The position numbers were made by a program, and so were the translations under genes. Below the pieces are notes generated by a model that was given only the letters and a program-made list of their open reading frames with translations, ran no database searches and had not been told where the DNA came from. 64,000 bases of DNA, from the NCBI GenBank assembly GCA_030324005.1, contig JARDVH010000143.1, positions 20,277,660 through 20,341,659 of the forward strand. Direction: 5' to 3'. This stretch comes from Negaprion brevirostris. Its lineage: Eukaryota. This document shows, in pieces, positions 12,802 to 25,090 of the stretch. Each line of letters begins with the position of its first letter. Position 1 is the stretch's first letter.

Positions 12802-12958
12802 ATGGAATGTAAATTTTTAATCAAAGATAAGGACCACAGGAGTAATTTAGCTTCTGCGCTGTTTAGTGCTGTTTGCTGCTGTGTTATCCTTTTCTTCCTT
12901 TTACCAGCGAACGATGCCTGGAAGCAAAGTAAACCACGGCTGAAGTTCTCATACAAAG
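12802..12958 (+). CDS. SEMA3D: Class 3 semaphorin (SEMA3D-like), first coding exon with signal peptide
   Basis: ATG in strong Kozak context (agcATGg). Encodes MECKFLIKDKDHRSNLASALFSAVCCCVILFFLLPANDAWKQSKPRLKFSYK: a hydrophobic signal peptide followed by the Sema3 PRLKxSYK motif. Phase-1 donor G|GTAAAA at 12958/12959. The symbol is a best match; a SEMA3D paralog is not excluded. Confidence 0.88.
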
Positions 12959-15674
12959 GTAAAAATATAAGTGTATCACATATTTCAGGATCTTTGTTCA
13001 TCTCGCTAAGTTATTTCAAGAACAGTGCCAACCTTGTAATCCTCACTGTGAAAAAAATATATTAACTCCTGCAGAATTGTGTGCATCTGAGACCCAATGT
13101 TGGAAAGTGATTATTGTGTTTGACAGAATAAAAGATGCTGCTGATTTTAATTTCACCTAAAATCTTTTTGATTTGTCACTCAAGATTTGATCCGACTCTC
13201 TAAGTTGTTTCTCTGAGGTTCCAGTAGTTTATTAGCGTCAAGTGGTGATTTCCTGAGCAAGTTGTTTTCAGTCTAGAAGTTTCAATAATCCAGCAAAAGT
13301 CACCTAATTAGATTACTGTCGGAACAGAAACATAACAGCGATTGGGTATTGGGCCATTGTTTGGGCAAGTGACTTGATATGTTCTGATATCCTGGAATGA
13401 ATAGTACAATTGCGAGGTTCATCTTGCATAGCCCAAGATGTGTATGTCTCTTTGTGTAAAAGCGGCAAAAATGCTGGTTCTCTGGTCAATAGCTCCATAT
13501 CATAATGACGGATTTGAGTGTGGCCAGACGGTATGTGAGGAGGACAAGGAGTGAATGAGTGGAGATAAAGAGTGAGCCCACCAACAGCATTAGGGCAGAG
13601 AAAGAAAGAAGAAGCACAAGGCAAGGGCGAGCTGTGTAACGGAGGCACGGAGACACTGACACAACTTGAGAAGCAACCCAAACCCATTAAATAATGCAAT
13701 CACTTGTCCTAAATAGGCAAAAGGCCTGGGATACTCACTGAGAACACTCAAGCCAAATTGCAACTGCTCTTTCCACATGCTGCTGCTGCTGAACTTAACT
13801 TCATTTTAAATCAAGTTTACTTTCATTTGCAAAATGGACATAGAAAATACTGAAACAATCTATCCCTTTGTGGCAGTGAAGGTATACATACATTATGACC
13901 TTTTATTCAAACTTTGGAGGCAGTATTCCAGTTCTTAGCTTCAGAGTAAATCCCGTGTTCACATGCGTGTCTTAGCATGTGTCACCTCATTTCTCAGCTG
14001 CAACTCGTACTTTAATTGGAAACTAAAGAAGCAGTTGTAACTTCAGTTAGCTTTCAACCCAGATGCAAAGAATACTGACAATCAGTCAATCAGAATTTTA
14101 GTTTGTTTCTCAGAAATGATGACCACTTGATGAATAATTTATGAAATATATCACACAACCTGTTGGGCTCAATTCTATGTATTACCTTCAGACACTGCTG
14201 CAACACAAGCTGCTCTCAATCTCGAATGTAAATACCATTTTTAGGACACTTATGGGGTACTGCAACATTGGGCAACAGTGGCTGAGATCAATGTGAATGT
14301 AAATACTCCTTCCTCTTTTAACTTGAGGAAGAAAGAATGGATGTAAAGGCTGCAATCCTATAAGGATTAAGATAGGAGCCACTTCTCGACATTAAAAAAA
14401 CTCCCTTTGAAAATGAACCGCTTTCTTGCTCTCCCTCCTTTCTCTCTCAATCACAAGCTCAGATCCTATTAGCATTCCTTTTGTTCTTTATGCCACAAAT
14501 CATGATTGGAAAATAGCATTGCTGGGCATTCTAAGCACTTAGCACGACAGTTTGGTTCAGCGACCCCCATCTTAGCAACAGATGTCACCGCAATGATGAT
14601 GCGGAGGAAGCATTTGCTGTTGCTAATGCTGCCACAATCCTCTGAATGCACCTGAGTGTGGCAGAAGCGTGCTTTGTCTTTTCACAAACACTGTGCATTT
14701 GCTTGTAATGTTACTCTTGCAAATCCTAAATGCAGAAAAGAAATCTTTGATACTCAATTTCATGAGGGTCATTTTACTCGGAAGACCGGAGCTGCTGTTA
14801 CAAATCACAGTTGATTGCAAGGCACAATACAATTTTCTCCCTCGATCCACTATACAGAGTTACGCAAGCTCTGTATCTGTCAGACACTAGACATTTGGCA
14901 TCTGTTATAGGTCTGGGGAGAGGAACAACTCTGAGGTATTTGTGTGAATTTTAAATGTACTGTTGTTACTGACAGGTCAGGGGGCATTGTGACCTTTCGA
15001 GGAAAAGCAGAATCAGACACAACTGAAGAATCTCATGGTTTCCTCCAGTATTGGTTAATACATACATAACCTAATTCAAAAATAAGATGAATGAAGTTAT
15101 TCATTCCATAATTTATTAAGCTGCAGAATGGAGTAATGCTTTGTTGGGTTTAAGCGATCTATTTGGTAGCAAAATGCTGCATCTTTGCTGTTGCTTCCAA
15201 ACTATAGGCTATTCCAGTACAGAATCACATCTGTAAAACATACCGCTTCCTATCATTGCTGGATATGATGGAATGTACAATGAAAGTTGCAAACCACAGA
15301 ATATTTTCCCATTTCATTCCTGCAATTAATTGGGGGCAATAAAAATGCCTCTGATCTTGCCATTTTATTTATAAACATAATGAGAATTAGTGTCGTTGAA
15401 GAGCTGTCAACTATTCATTCATATTTTTTACATGACATTGGTATTTCTTTCTTTGTATTGGTCTTGAAGGATTGTGTTAATTGAGGGAAAAACCACATGT
15501 GATCTTCAATTGACATTACTGCTTTCTGTTCACAGCTGGCAGAGTCGGTCATACTTTGCCTTTATCTTATTTTCTCATCCAACAACATGGCTATTTTTAA
15601 ATTCATCCAGGAAATAACCAATTACCCAAACTATCTTATAAACCTTCCATGAATTCAGAATCTGGTCCATAGTT

Positions 15675-15951
15675 AGAAGCACAGAATCCCGACAGTACAA
15701 AAGGACACGATTCAGCCCATTGAGCCTGTACTGGCTGCAATCCCACCCAGGCCCTATTTTACCCTGCTATTCCCCTTGACAAGGTCAATTTAGCCTGGCC
15801 AATCAACCTGACCCGCACATCTTCGGACTGTGGGCAGAAGCCGGGGCACGAGTAAAAAATCCACACAGACATGGGGAGAAAGTGCAAATTTCACATAGAC
15901 AGTGACCTGTGGCTGGAATTGAACCTGGGGCCATGGCACTGTGAGGCAGCA
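15675..15951 (-). mobile_element. HE1-like SINE with CR1-type tail
   Basis: Same core (tttagcctggccaatcaacct...ggactgtggg...gcactgtgaggcagc). Confidence 0.8.
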
Positions 15952-17065
15952 CTTCTTAATTAATCATGTAATTCATTGCAAAGAATCTTCCATTGCTTTA
16001 CGTAACAGTTTGTTGTCCCATAGTTATCCATTCTGGTGAAGAGTAAAACTGCAAGGGATATTCCTGTAGTCTAATTTGATTAGTTTTGTCCAAGATTTTT
16101 TAATCAGCAATTCATAAAATCACTACAGTGNNNNNNNNNNNNNNNNNNNNNNNNNNNNNNNNNNNNNNNNNNNNNNNNNNNNNNNNNNNNNNNNNNNNNN
16201 NNNNNNNNNNNNNNNNNNNNNNNNNNNNNNNNNNNNNNNNNNNNNNNNNNNNNNNNNNNNNNNNNNNNNNNNNNNNNNNNNNNNNNNNNNNNNNNNNNNN
16301 NNNNNNNNNNNNNNNNNNNNNNNNNNNNNNNNNNNNNNNNNNNNNNNNNNNNNNNNNNNNNNNNNNNNNNNNNNNNNNNNNNNNNNNNNNNNNNNNNNNN
16401 NNNNNNNNNNNNNNNNNNNNNNNNNNNNNNNNNNNNNNNNNNNNNNNNNNNNNNNNNNNNNNNNNNNNNNNNNNNNNNNNNNNNNNNNNNNNNNNNNNNN
16501 NNNNNNNNNNNNNNNNNNNNNNNNNNNNNNNNNNNNNNNNNNNNNNNNNNNNNNNNNNNNNNNNNNNNNNNNNNNNNNNNNNNNNNNNNNNNNNNNNNNN
16601 NNNNNNNNNNNNNNNNNNNNNNNNNNNNNNNNNNNNNNNNNNNNNNNNNNNNNNNNNNNNNNNNNNNNNNNNNNNNNNNNNNNNNNNNNNNNNNNNNNNN
16701 NNNNNNNNNNNNNNNNNNNNNNNNNNNNNNNNNNNNNNNNNNNNNNNNNNNNNNNNNNNNNNNNNNNNNNNNNNNNNNNNNNNNNNNNNNNNNNNNNNNN
16801 NNNNNNNNNNNNNNNNNNNNNNNNNNNNNNNNNNNNNNNNNNNNNNNNNNNNNNNNNNNNNNNNNNNNNNNNNNNNNNNNNNNNNNNNNNNNNNNNNNNN
16901 NNNNNNNNNNNNNNNNNNNNNNNNNNNNNNNNNNNNNNNNNNNNNNNNNNNNNNNNNNNNNNNNNNNNNNNNNNNNNNNNNNNNNNNNNNNNNNNNNNNN
17001 NNNNNNNNNNNNNNNNNNNNNNNNNNNNNNNNNNNNNNNNNNNNNNNNNNNNNNNNNNNNNNNNA

Positions 17066-17740
17066 TTGGTCTCCAACAATGGGGACCAGTCCCTGCTGAT
17101 TGGGACAGAGGCCATTGACGCCCCCCACCCCCACCCCAGGAAGTTGGGGGTGGGGGTTTGCCCCACAGGGCACCTTGACACTGCCCACCAAGCACACTGG
17201 CACTGCCAGGCACCAGGCAGTGCCAAAGGAGCAGGGCCAAATGGCAGTGAGGCCAACTGGGGATGGGGTCTATTGAGGGCGCTGATGGGTGAACAGTCTT
17301 CATTAGGGATCGGTGGAATTCGGAGGGAGGAGGGCTATTGGGGCTGGACATGGGAGGGGGGACTGGAATCGGGGCTACACATTGTGGAGGGGTCGGAGGC
17401 GCACATGGAGGGCTGGCGATTGGAGCTGGCCTGGCGATGGGAATTGGATATGCTGGCGATCGGGGGATGTGGGGATGGGAAAGGCCAGCGATCAACAGTG
17501 AGGAGGTTCTGTGAAGCCAGCGATTGGGAGGCTGGTGAAGGAGGGGTGAAATGCCAGTATGCATGCGTCATTCTCCCCACTGACAGATCGGCGCATGTGC
17601 AGTCACCCGCTTAGCGAGCTGATGCTGGCCTTTCCACTGGGATGAACTCCTGCGCCCTCACTTTCCGGTGAGAATCCCCCTGAGGCACTCTGTGCATCAC
17701 AGATTACCAATCTAAGTACACCCAAAAAGCGGGTGGGATG
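17066..17740. mobile_element. GC-rich PIF/Harbinger-like element remnant
   Basis: Shares ggcaccaggcagtgccaa(a)ggag(c/t)agggcc and ggtc(t/c)cca...gggac with 49907-50515. Both copies abut large N gaps. Confidence 0.5.
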
Positions 17741-18211
17741 ACTGTGCAAGTCATAAGCCATGGTAATGGGTCAAGTAAAGCATGGAAGGGTGGGAGTAGA
17801 AGAGATACATATGGTCACAGCAGAATAATTAATAAAAGGGAAGGGAAGGATGGAAAATCTGGCAAAGAAGAAATAAGGGATGATAGCTGCATCAAATCCG
17901 TGGCAGAGACTTCAGTGTACCCAAACAGGCGCTGGAGTGTGACAGCTAGGGGATTTTCACAGTAACCTCATTGCAGTGTTAATGTAAGCCTAATTGTGAC
18001 ACTAATTATTAAACAAACTTTAAGGTGTGGGCTGATGCTTGGGGTGAAGATTCCTTCTCAATACATAGCCAAAGGGATAGCATGTATCCTTGGTTCAAGT
18101 CATTATTCTTTCTGTCAGTCACTTCTGACTCACTTCCACCATATCATACACCTTTCTCTTTTATTTCTTTTCCATCGTTCCCCCTCCTTTTCCCCGGCAT
18201 TATAGTTGCTT

Positions 18212-18526
18212 AAAAGTTTAAATTTTATTTATTAATGTCACAAGCAGACTCACATTAACACTACAATGAATTTACTGTGAAAATCCCCTAGTCGGCACAC
18301 TCCGATGCCTGTTTGAGTACATTGAGGGAGAATTTAGCACCAGCCAATGCAACTAACCAGCACATCTTCCGGACTGTGGGAGGAAACCAGAGCACCCGGA
18401 GGAAACCCACCCAGACATGGGGAGAACATGCAGATTCCACACAGTCAGTGACCCAAGCCAGGAATCAAACCCAGGTCCCTGGCGCTGTGAGGCAGCAGTG
18501 CTAACCACTGTGCCACCGTGCTGCCC
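18212..18526 (-). mobile_element. HE1-like SINE with the alternative (taaa-ending) tail
   Basis: tttatt...gtcacaag...cattaacactacaatgaa...aaaatcccctagtcg...ccaccgtgctgccc. A sense-strand tail fragment of the same type lies at ~17905-18020. Confidence 0.88.
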
Positions 18527-19189
18527 GAAAACTATTCATCCCTAACATCTTCCGATTCTGATAAGAGATTATCAATCCTTGCCTCTCGTTCTACTCTCCA
18601 CAGATGCTCCCTGACCTGATGAGTGTTTTCCAGAATTTTCTGGTTTCGTTTCAGATTTGTAGCAACGTTTTGCTTCTGATGAAAGTTTGTACTTGATCAT
18701 TGGTTTTGTCAGAAGTAGTTTCACTATCTATGTGAACTTCAATGATGAAACTAGCCTTGGCTCTCTGATTATGTTTTTCAAACATTGTCGATTAAGTTAA
18801 CACTTTTCCTCTGCCTCCCACCTGAACCAATCTTCTGTACTACAAATCAGAAATTAAACAAATGGTTTCACTACCAGAACGACTTTTTTTTCTACACATT
18901 GGAAACCAGTGGTTTACAGATCAAAAACCACAATGCCCAAAACATTTGTCACTGGGTTTTTATGTTGGCCACGAAATGAGTGTTACTTTGAGTAAGCCAC
19001 CAATTTTTGCCTCAATCTATTATCTGCTCATGCAATGGCTTTCGCATTCTTAAGAAGAAATGTACTCTGTGCTGAGGCAGGATAACAGCAGGGTACTATA
19101 ATTAACTTCAAGCTTTGTAGATGGGAAGGGTAAGTCACTTGGGCCCCTATTCCTGAAGACAAATATTGTTGAAGATCGTGGGTAGAATC

Positions 19190-20760
19190 TGGCACTGATC
19201 CTGGGAAACATGGAGTGGGAGGCCAAAAATCAGCTTCCTGCCAGTGGGATGAACTTTTGCAATAAAGTTCAGGAAAGTTTAGATCCATGTCGAGCTTCCC
19301 ATCTGCAAGTGTAGCGAAGCGCTTTTGCATGCACATGCATCTCACGAATGCTTATCAGAACGAAACTCCCCTCCCCAATTAAATTATCGGTGAGCAAGTC
19401 CAATAGTACCTCCAGATTTGTGGCTGCATATAGGTGGTGTGCAGCAGGCAAAGTATTCGACTTGCTGGAGGTGGAGTGGGAAGCGTTGTTTAACTGGGGG
19501 AGGTGATCAGGTGGCGACAGTCTGAGAGACATATGGCAGGGAGGCTGGTTGAGGGAGGCAGCCTGGGCAGAGATGTGACCAGCGTAGACAGTGATGGGAA
19601 AGAAGGGGCCAGCAAAGCGTTTTAGACGTGAGGCTTCTGTGAATAAATGAGGGTGGATTTCCAGGCAGTGATGGTGGGCAAGAGATGGTGCTCAATGTCA
19701 TGGTCAGTGTTGTCTATGGTAGATTCCTGGGGTTTGAACTGAGGGTACTAGGCAGCAGAGGGAACAATCACAATGAAAAGTGGGATGACAGGCCCAGGGT
19801 CACAGTCAGATAGCAGATGATCTCATGGGGAGGGTTAGGGTTAAGGTTAGTGTTAGGACAAATCAGATTGTGCAGTTAATGGAGAGGTTAGGGTGGGCAT
19901 GGGAATTATAACGGTCAGAGGGGAGAGAATGCATTTGGAGAATGCTGGTTATAAGTTCTGGAGCAATGGCAGATTCAAGAGTAACATAGCAGAGAGGAAT
20001 GGTTATTGTGGGTATATCCAGGGTAATGATTGGAGGTTGGTGGGTGACAGGAGAAGGTGTTGGGGAGGGAAGGTGTCTGGTAAGTTACATGCTCCATTTT
20101 CTCAAGGTCCTTCTTCTTGATACCATCGCTCGGTATGAATCCTCGAAATGAGAGGAGGAATTTTTTGGGTGGGTAGGGTGGTTAAAGATAAGCACAATTG
20201 GCAGCTCAGATGTGTTGACTTATTTATGGTAAAGATCAAATGATAGTTGGTTTTCTCCCGGAACATGGGCTTCATAACATTGGGATCCCGATAAGGTGTG
20301 GAACTGCAATAAAGTCTATGCTGAAGAATAACACTAGACAAAGGTNNNNNGGTGGCTGTGGATAAGGAGGGAGGGAACAAAAGAGTGAGGAAGTATTTAG
20401 CTCCCTGGGGCTCAATGGTATGTGTGGGAAATGGTGGTAAACCAAAGCAATATGCCAGTTCAGAGCCTCTAGGGTCCTTGGTAGATGGCTGATAATGGGG
20501 TGGATGGGACATCTATGATGGCAAGGCAGCGGTCTCTCGAATGTGTCTTGAGGATGATGGGGGGAAGCCCAGTAATATTTGATGAAGGGTGCATGGACAT
20601 GGCTTTCATTACTAGAGTCAATGATGTTGTCCCCATGTACATAGATTAATGAATGAGAATAGAACTGTGGTCCTCCAGAATGGGGCTCCAGCACGGTGGT
20701 ATGGGACGCGTGCAGCGTAGTCCAATGTTAGCTTTAGAATTTCCTGTTGGCTAATATGCT
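19190..20760 (-). mobile_element. Possible decayed Harbinger-like element (Myb/SANT-ORF remnant)
   Basis: Purine-rich + strand. Minus-strand NLEVLLDLL resembles the start of Harbinger Myb-like proteins. Weak. Confidence 0.3.
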
Positions 20761-22129
20761 TAGGGACAGAAAGACAGTTTCAAAGAATATGCTGACAGAT
20801 CACTTCAGGCATACATGATGCTGGGTCTGTAACCCTGCACTTCTAGTGATTGTCCAACTGAGAAGAAAGTGGCAGGAGCAACCCACCCCCGTCACAAGAT
20901 TTATCATTCTCCTCATGTATGTATATCTAATGATCTGACCAGGGCAATGGACAGCCATCCCATCCTCAGTTGATAATTACTCTCCCCACTCCCATCTCCC
21001 AACTTATACTCCATACCAAAAGTTTCCATGTTGTGTGTGTGTGTGTGAGTGTGAATGAGATCACATTGGGTTGTAAATATGAGAGAAAAACTAACACTTA
21101 GCATAGCCCACCAAGGAATCACTATTTAAAAGGGAACAGAAGGAGAGGAAGAGGGCAGGGAGAAGCTAAAGGAGTATTCTTGGGCATTTATTTAACATAT
21201 CTCATTTGGGTGGAACTTTTGGATCTCATGAGAGATTGCAGAATGCCACTGACGGAAATAGTCCCATCAACAAATATAGAGATTTTTAAATATTAATGAA
21301 AAAAAGATCTTCTTGGTTTCTACCAATGTCACTTGATAGTTAACCATTGAGAGATATTTGAGACAGCAGAGCATTCTAAACCCAATTGTGTGCAATGATG
21401 CAGAATTAAATAATGACTTCATTGTGTAGGAGCCACTAGGGAGCAGTGATCATAACATGACTAAATTTTGCGTTCAGTTTCAGGGAGTGAAGAATCAGTC
21501 TAAAACTAATGTTTATAACTTAAATAAAGGGATGTATGATTGTTTGAAGGAAGAGCTAGCTCAGGTGAACTGGGAAAATAGATTTAGGTCAGTAGAAATG
21601 CAATTGCAGACATTTAAGGAAATAGTCCATCATGTTCGNNNNNNNNNNNNNNNNNNNNNNNNNNNNNNNNNNNNNNNNNNNNNNNNNNNNNNNNNNNNNN
21701 NNNNNNNNNNNNNNNNNNNNNNNNNNNNNNNNNNNNNNNNNNNNNNNNNNNNNNNNNNNNNNNNNNNNNNNNNNNNNNNNNNNNNNNNNNNNNNNNNNNN
21801 NNNNNNNNNNNNNNNNNNNNNNNNNNNNNNNNNNNNNNNNNNNNNNNNNNNNNNNNNNNNNNNNNNNNNNNNNNNNNNNNNNNNNNNNNNNNNNNNNNNN
21901 NNNNNNNGTTCGGTAAACATACATCATAGTGAGACTCCAGGAGACAAATGCATCATCTATGGGTAACAAATGAAGCTAAAGATAATCTAAAATTGAAAAA
22001 GACGTACAATTCTACAAAAGTTAGAAAATTGGACATCATTTGTAAACCAGCAAAGAATGACTTAAAATTAATAAGGAGGGGGAAATTAAAGTATGGGAGA
22101 AGGATAGCTAGCAATATAAAACAAGATAC

Positions 22130-22870
22130 CAAGGCCAAAATTTTACATCATTCAGTGCCTGATCCAGATGCATGTTAAATCACGTTCCCGACATCATTGC
22201 ATGCCTGCACAATCTTTCAGCCAGCGGCGCACACAAGAGTTAGAAGCGGCCTGCCAAAAATTAAGCACACAAATTAACACTTTAAAGGGCAGACTGAACG
22301 CAATTTTACACGGCCTGTCTGCTTTCATGGCTGCTGGGTGAGCTGATTGGCCAGGTGGCATTTACATCTAAACCGCAACCTCGATCAAGGGTGGGAAAAA
22401 ATGTCAGGGNNNNNNNNNNNNNNNNNNNNNNNNNNNNNNNNNNNNNNNNNNNNNNNNNNNNNNNNNNNNNNNNNNNNNNNNNNNNNNNNNNNNNNNNNNN
22501 NNNNNNNNNAAAATAACATTTAAAACAGGCTTCTGGGAACTAAATTTTATGTTCAAATGCACTACCTGGACACTCTTTGCAGCGTTTTCCTTTTGTAATT
22601 TATTTTTTACAGGTCAGCCATCCCCTGAGACAGCTCCACATCAGCTGTCACCCTGATGGAACACGTTGGAAGTACCAGCTCGCACCATCTCTTTTCTCTG
22701 CGCCTGCCCTCTTCCTGCCTTCCCCAGCAGCTCTGAGCCTTTCCCAGTACACATTTCATGCTGATTTCCCATTTGTTGGTTTTCAGGGGCTGATTGCGGC
22801 CAAAACTGTGTTTAGTATCTGCTTCCAGGCCAACGAGAGCGCATGCCCAATGGGCAAAAAATTCAGACCC
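22130..22870. mobile_element. PIF/Harbinger-like non-autonomous DNA element inserted in the CR1
   Basis: Termini ggccaaaatttt / aaaattcagacc. CR1 sequence resumes collinearly after it. Confidence 0.5.
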
Positions 22871-23799
22871 AAGATTTTCTACAAATATTTAAAAAGGGAA
22901 AAGAGTAAAGTGGAGTCTCTACTGGAGAGTGGGTGAATCTGAGGAATTCGTAATGGGAAATAAAGAACTGGTGGAAGCATTATGCAGATAATTGTATCTG
23001 TCTTCAGTGTAGAAAACATCCTAGAAATACTCGTAAAATCAAAAAGGTAAACGTGAAGGAGGAACTTAAAACAATTACAATCACCAGGAAAAGTGTATTT
23101 AGAAAAATATTAGAACAAAAGGCTGACAAGTCCCTAGGTTCTGATGAACTCCACCTGATGTGCTAAAAGAAGTGGCTGTGGAGATTGTTGATGCATTGGT
23201 TTTAATTTTCCAAAATTTTCTGGTTTTTGGAAAGGTCCCGGCAGTTTGGAAATTAGCAAATGTAATTCCTCTATTTAAGAAAGAAGGGAGACAGAAAGCA
23301 GGTCACTATAGGTCGGTTAACCTAAAGTCTATCATAAGGAAATTGCTAGAATCTATTATTAATGAAGTTATAGCATGGGGTCTTCAAAAATCTTTGCATA
23401 ATTGGAATCAACGTGGTTTTCTGAAAGGGAACTCACATTTGGCTAATTTATTATTACAGGACGTAAAAAATAGTAATGATAAAGAAGAGCCTTTAGATGT
23501 GGAGTACCTGGATATCCAAAGCGTGTTTGATAAGGTGTCACATCAAAGATAATGATGCAAAATAAGAAGTCATGGTGTGGTCGGTAATATATTCATGGAT
23601 AGAGGATTGGTTGACTAACACCACAGAGTAGGGATAAATGGGTCATTTTTAGTTTGGCAGGTTGTAACAAGTGATGTGCCACAAGAATCAGTGCAGGGGN
23701 NNNNNNNNNNNNNNNNNNNNNNNNNNNNNNNNNNNNNNNNNNNNNNNNNNNNNNNNNNNNNNNNNNNNNNNNNNNNNNNNNNNNNNNNNNNNNNNNNNN

Positions 23800-23938
23800 A
23801 ATCAAGAAAGACCACATCCACCGGCTCTCCTCTATCCACCGCCCTAGACACATCCTCATAGAACTCCAATAAGTTCATCAGACACGACTTCCCCTTAACG
23901 AAACCGTGCTGCGTCTGCTCTATCAAGCAATTCTCCTC
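23800..23938 (-). mobile_element. Second CR1 RT fragment, opposite orientation
   Basis: QHGFVKGKSCLMNLLEFYEDVSRAVDRGEPVDVVFLD. Confidence 0.8.
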
Positions 23939-24739
23939 AAGAGAAATGACTTGGATGAAGGGATGCCTTCCTCAGACTTCCTCTAATCTGCACACTCCAG
24001 ATTCCACACTCCTGTTCTTCCAAAGTCCCACCTCAGTGCTGGCGATTTAAGTGGCCAGCTGTCTCTGTGAGCCCACACATGTGCGAACTATAGCCTGACC
24101 CCTGTCCCCTTGCTGAGTTTGAGCATGACACTAAGGTAGATAGGAAAGTAAATGGTGAGGAGGACATAAAGGTCAGGATTTTCATATCCTGGAAATGTCA
24201 GAATTTTCTAATTCCTGTCCCTGAACTTAGCATTCCCCATCTTCACAGTCAAAAAGTTGTGTGGTTGAAAATTGTAAACCATACTGCGAACAAAGTGCTG
24301 ATGTGTGGGCTTCACTTCTTATGATACTGTGAAAAAACATGGAAGGCTTTGTACTCATTATTTTTGGACCAGAAACAGGAATGTTAATGTTGCCACATGA
24401 ATGCCCATTGTGTGGTGACTTACAGCTTATAGGCCAATGAACTTGCTTTTGAGAAAAAGGTAAAAGTGAGGGAGGAACTTAATCTGTAATCCAGTGCAAA
24501 CATTGAAAACAAAAAAATGATCACATTACAGTTCTGTTCACCAGTTTAAGCACTTTGGTTTGAACACACTTGTTGAATAAAACCAGTGTCGTTACTGTTC
24601 CAAAAATTGTTAGCTTATTGATCCAGGCAATTTGAGATGAGCATTTCGCACCAGAGCAAGTCCTCATCCTGACCAGGCAGAAAAGAGCAAAGGCTTAGAC
24701 ATTTCTTCATGAAGTAGAGACGTAAACCACTCTAAATGA

Positions 24740-25090
24740 TTTTTAACAAATCATTTTATGGGACTCAAGTGTCGCTGGCTGGGCTAGCATTTATTGCCCA
24801 TCTCTCCATTTCAGAGGACATTTGAGAGTCAACCATATGGCTGTAGCTCTGCAGTCACACATAGGTCAGAACAGGTAAGGATAGCAGATTTCCATCCCTA
24901 AAGGCCATTAGTGAACCAGGCGGGTTTATACAGCAATTGACAATGTTTTCATGGTGATCATGAGACTTTTAATTCCAGATGTTTATTGAATTCAAATTTC
25001 AACCTCTGCCCTGGTGGTATTTGAACTCAGGTCCCCAGATCTTGCTGTGGGTCCCTGGACTACCAGTCCAATGACACGACCACTGCACAA
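24740..25090 (-). mobile_element. tRNA-derived SINE sharing its 3' tail with the 48225-48907 LINE
   Basis: gcatttattgccca...gagagtcaaccat...ggtaaggatagcagatttcc...ggactaccagtccaatgac. Related SINE copies at ~44355-44690(-) and ~52300-52660(+). Fragments with the same tail at ~42320-42570(-), ~57270-57440(-) and ~61404-61550(-). Confidence 0.65.

Larger units (their letters stand above)
21330..24170 (+). mobile_element. Degenerate CR1 LINE ORF2 (end of endonuclease plus RT), interrupted
   Basis: SDHN motif near 21445 and LKEVAVEIVDALVLIFQNF...WKLANVIPLFKKEGRQKAGHYRSVNL...YLDIQSVFDKVSH at 23160-23552. Stops and frameshifts present. Confidence 0.88.

Noticed and set aside
16104-17564. Long ORFs of 150-486 aa here and at 21.5k, 29k, 50.5k and 59.6k
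   Set aside because: Their length comes from N runs translated as X.
23160-23552. Active or domesticated reverse transcriptase
   Set aside because: A short CR1 fragment with degraded motifs, flanked by stops, frameshifts and nested insertions.
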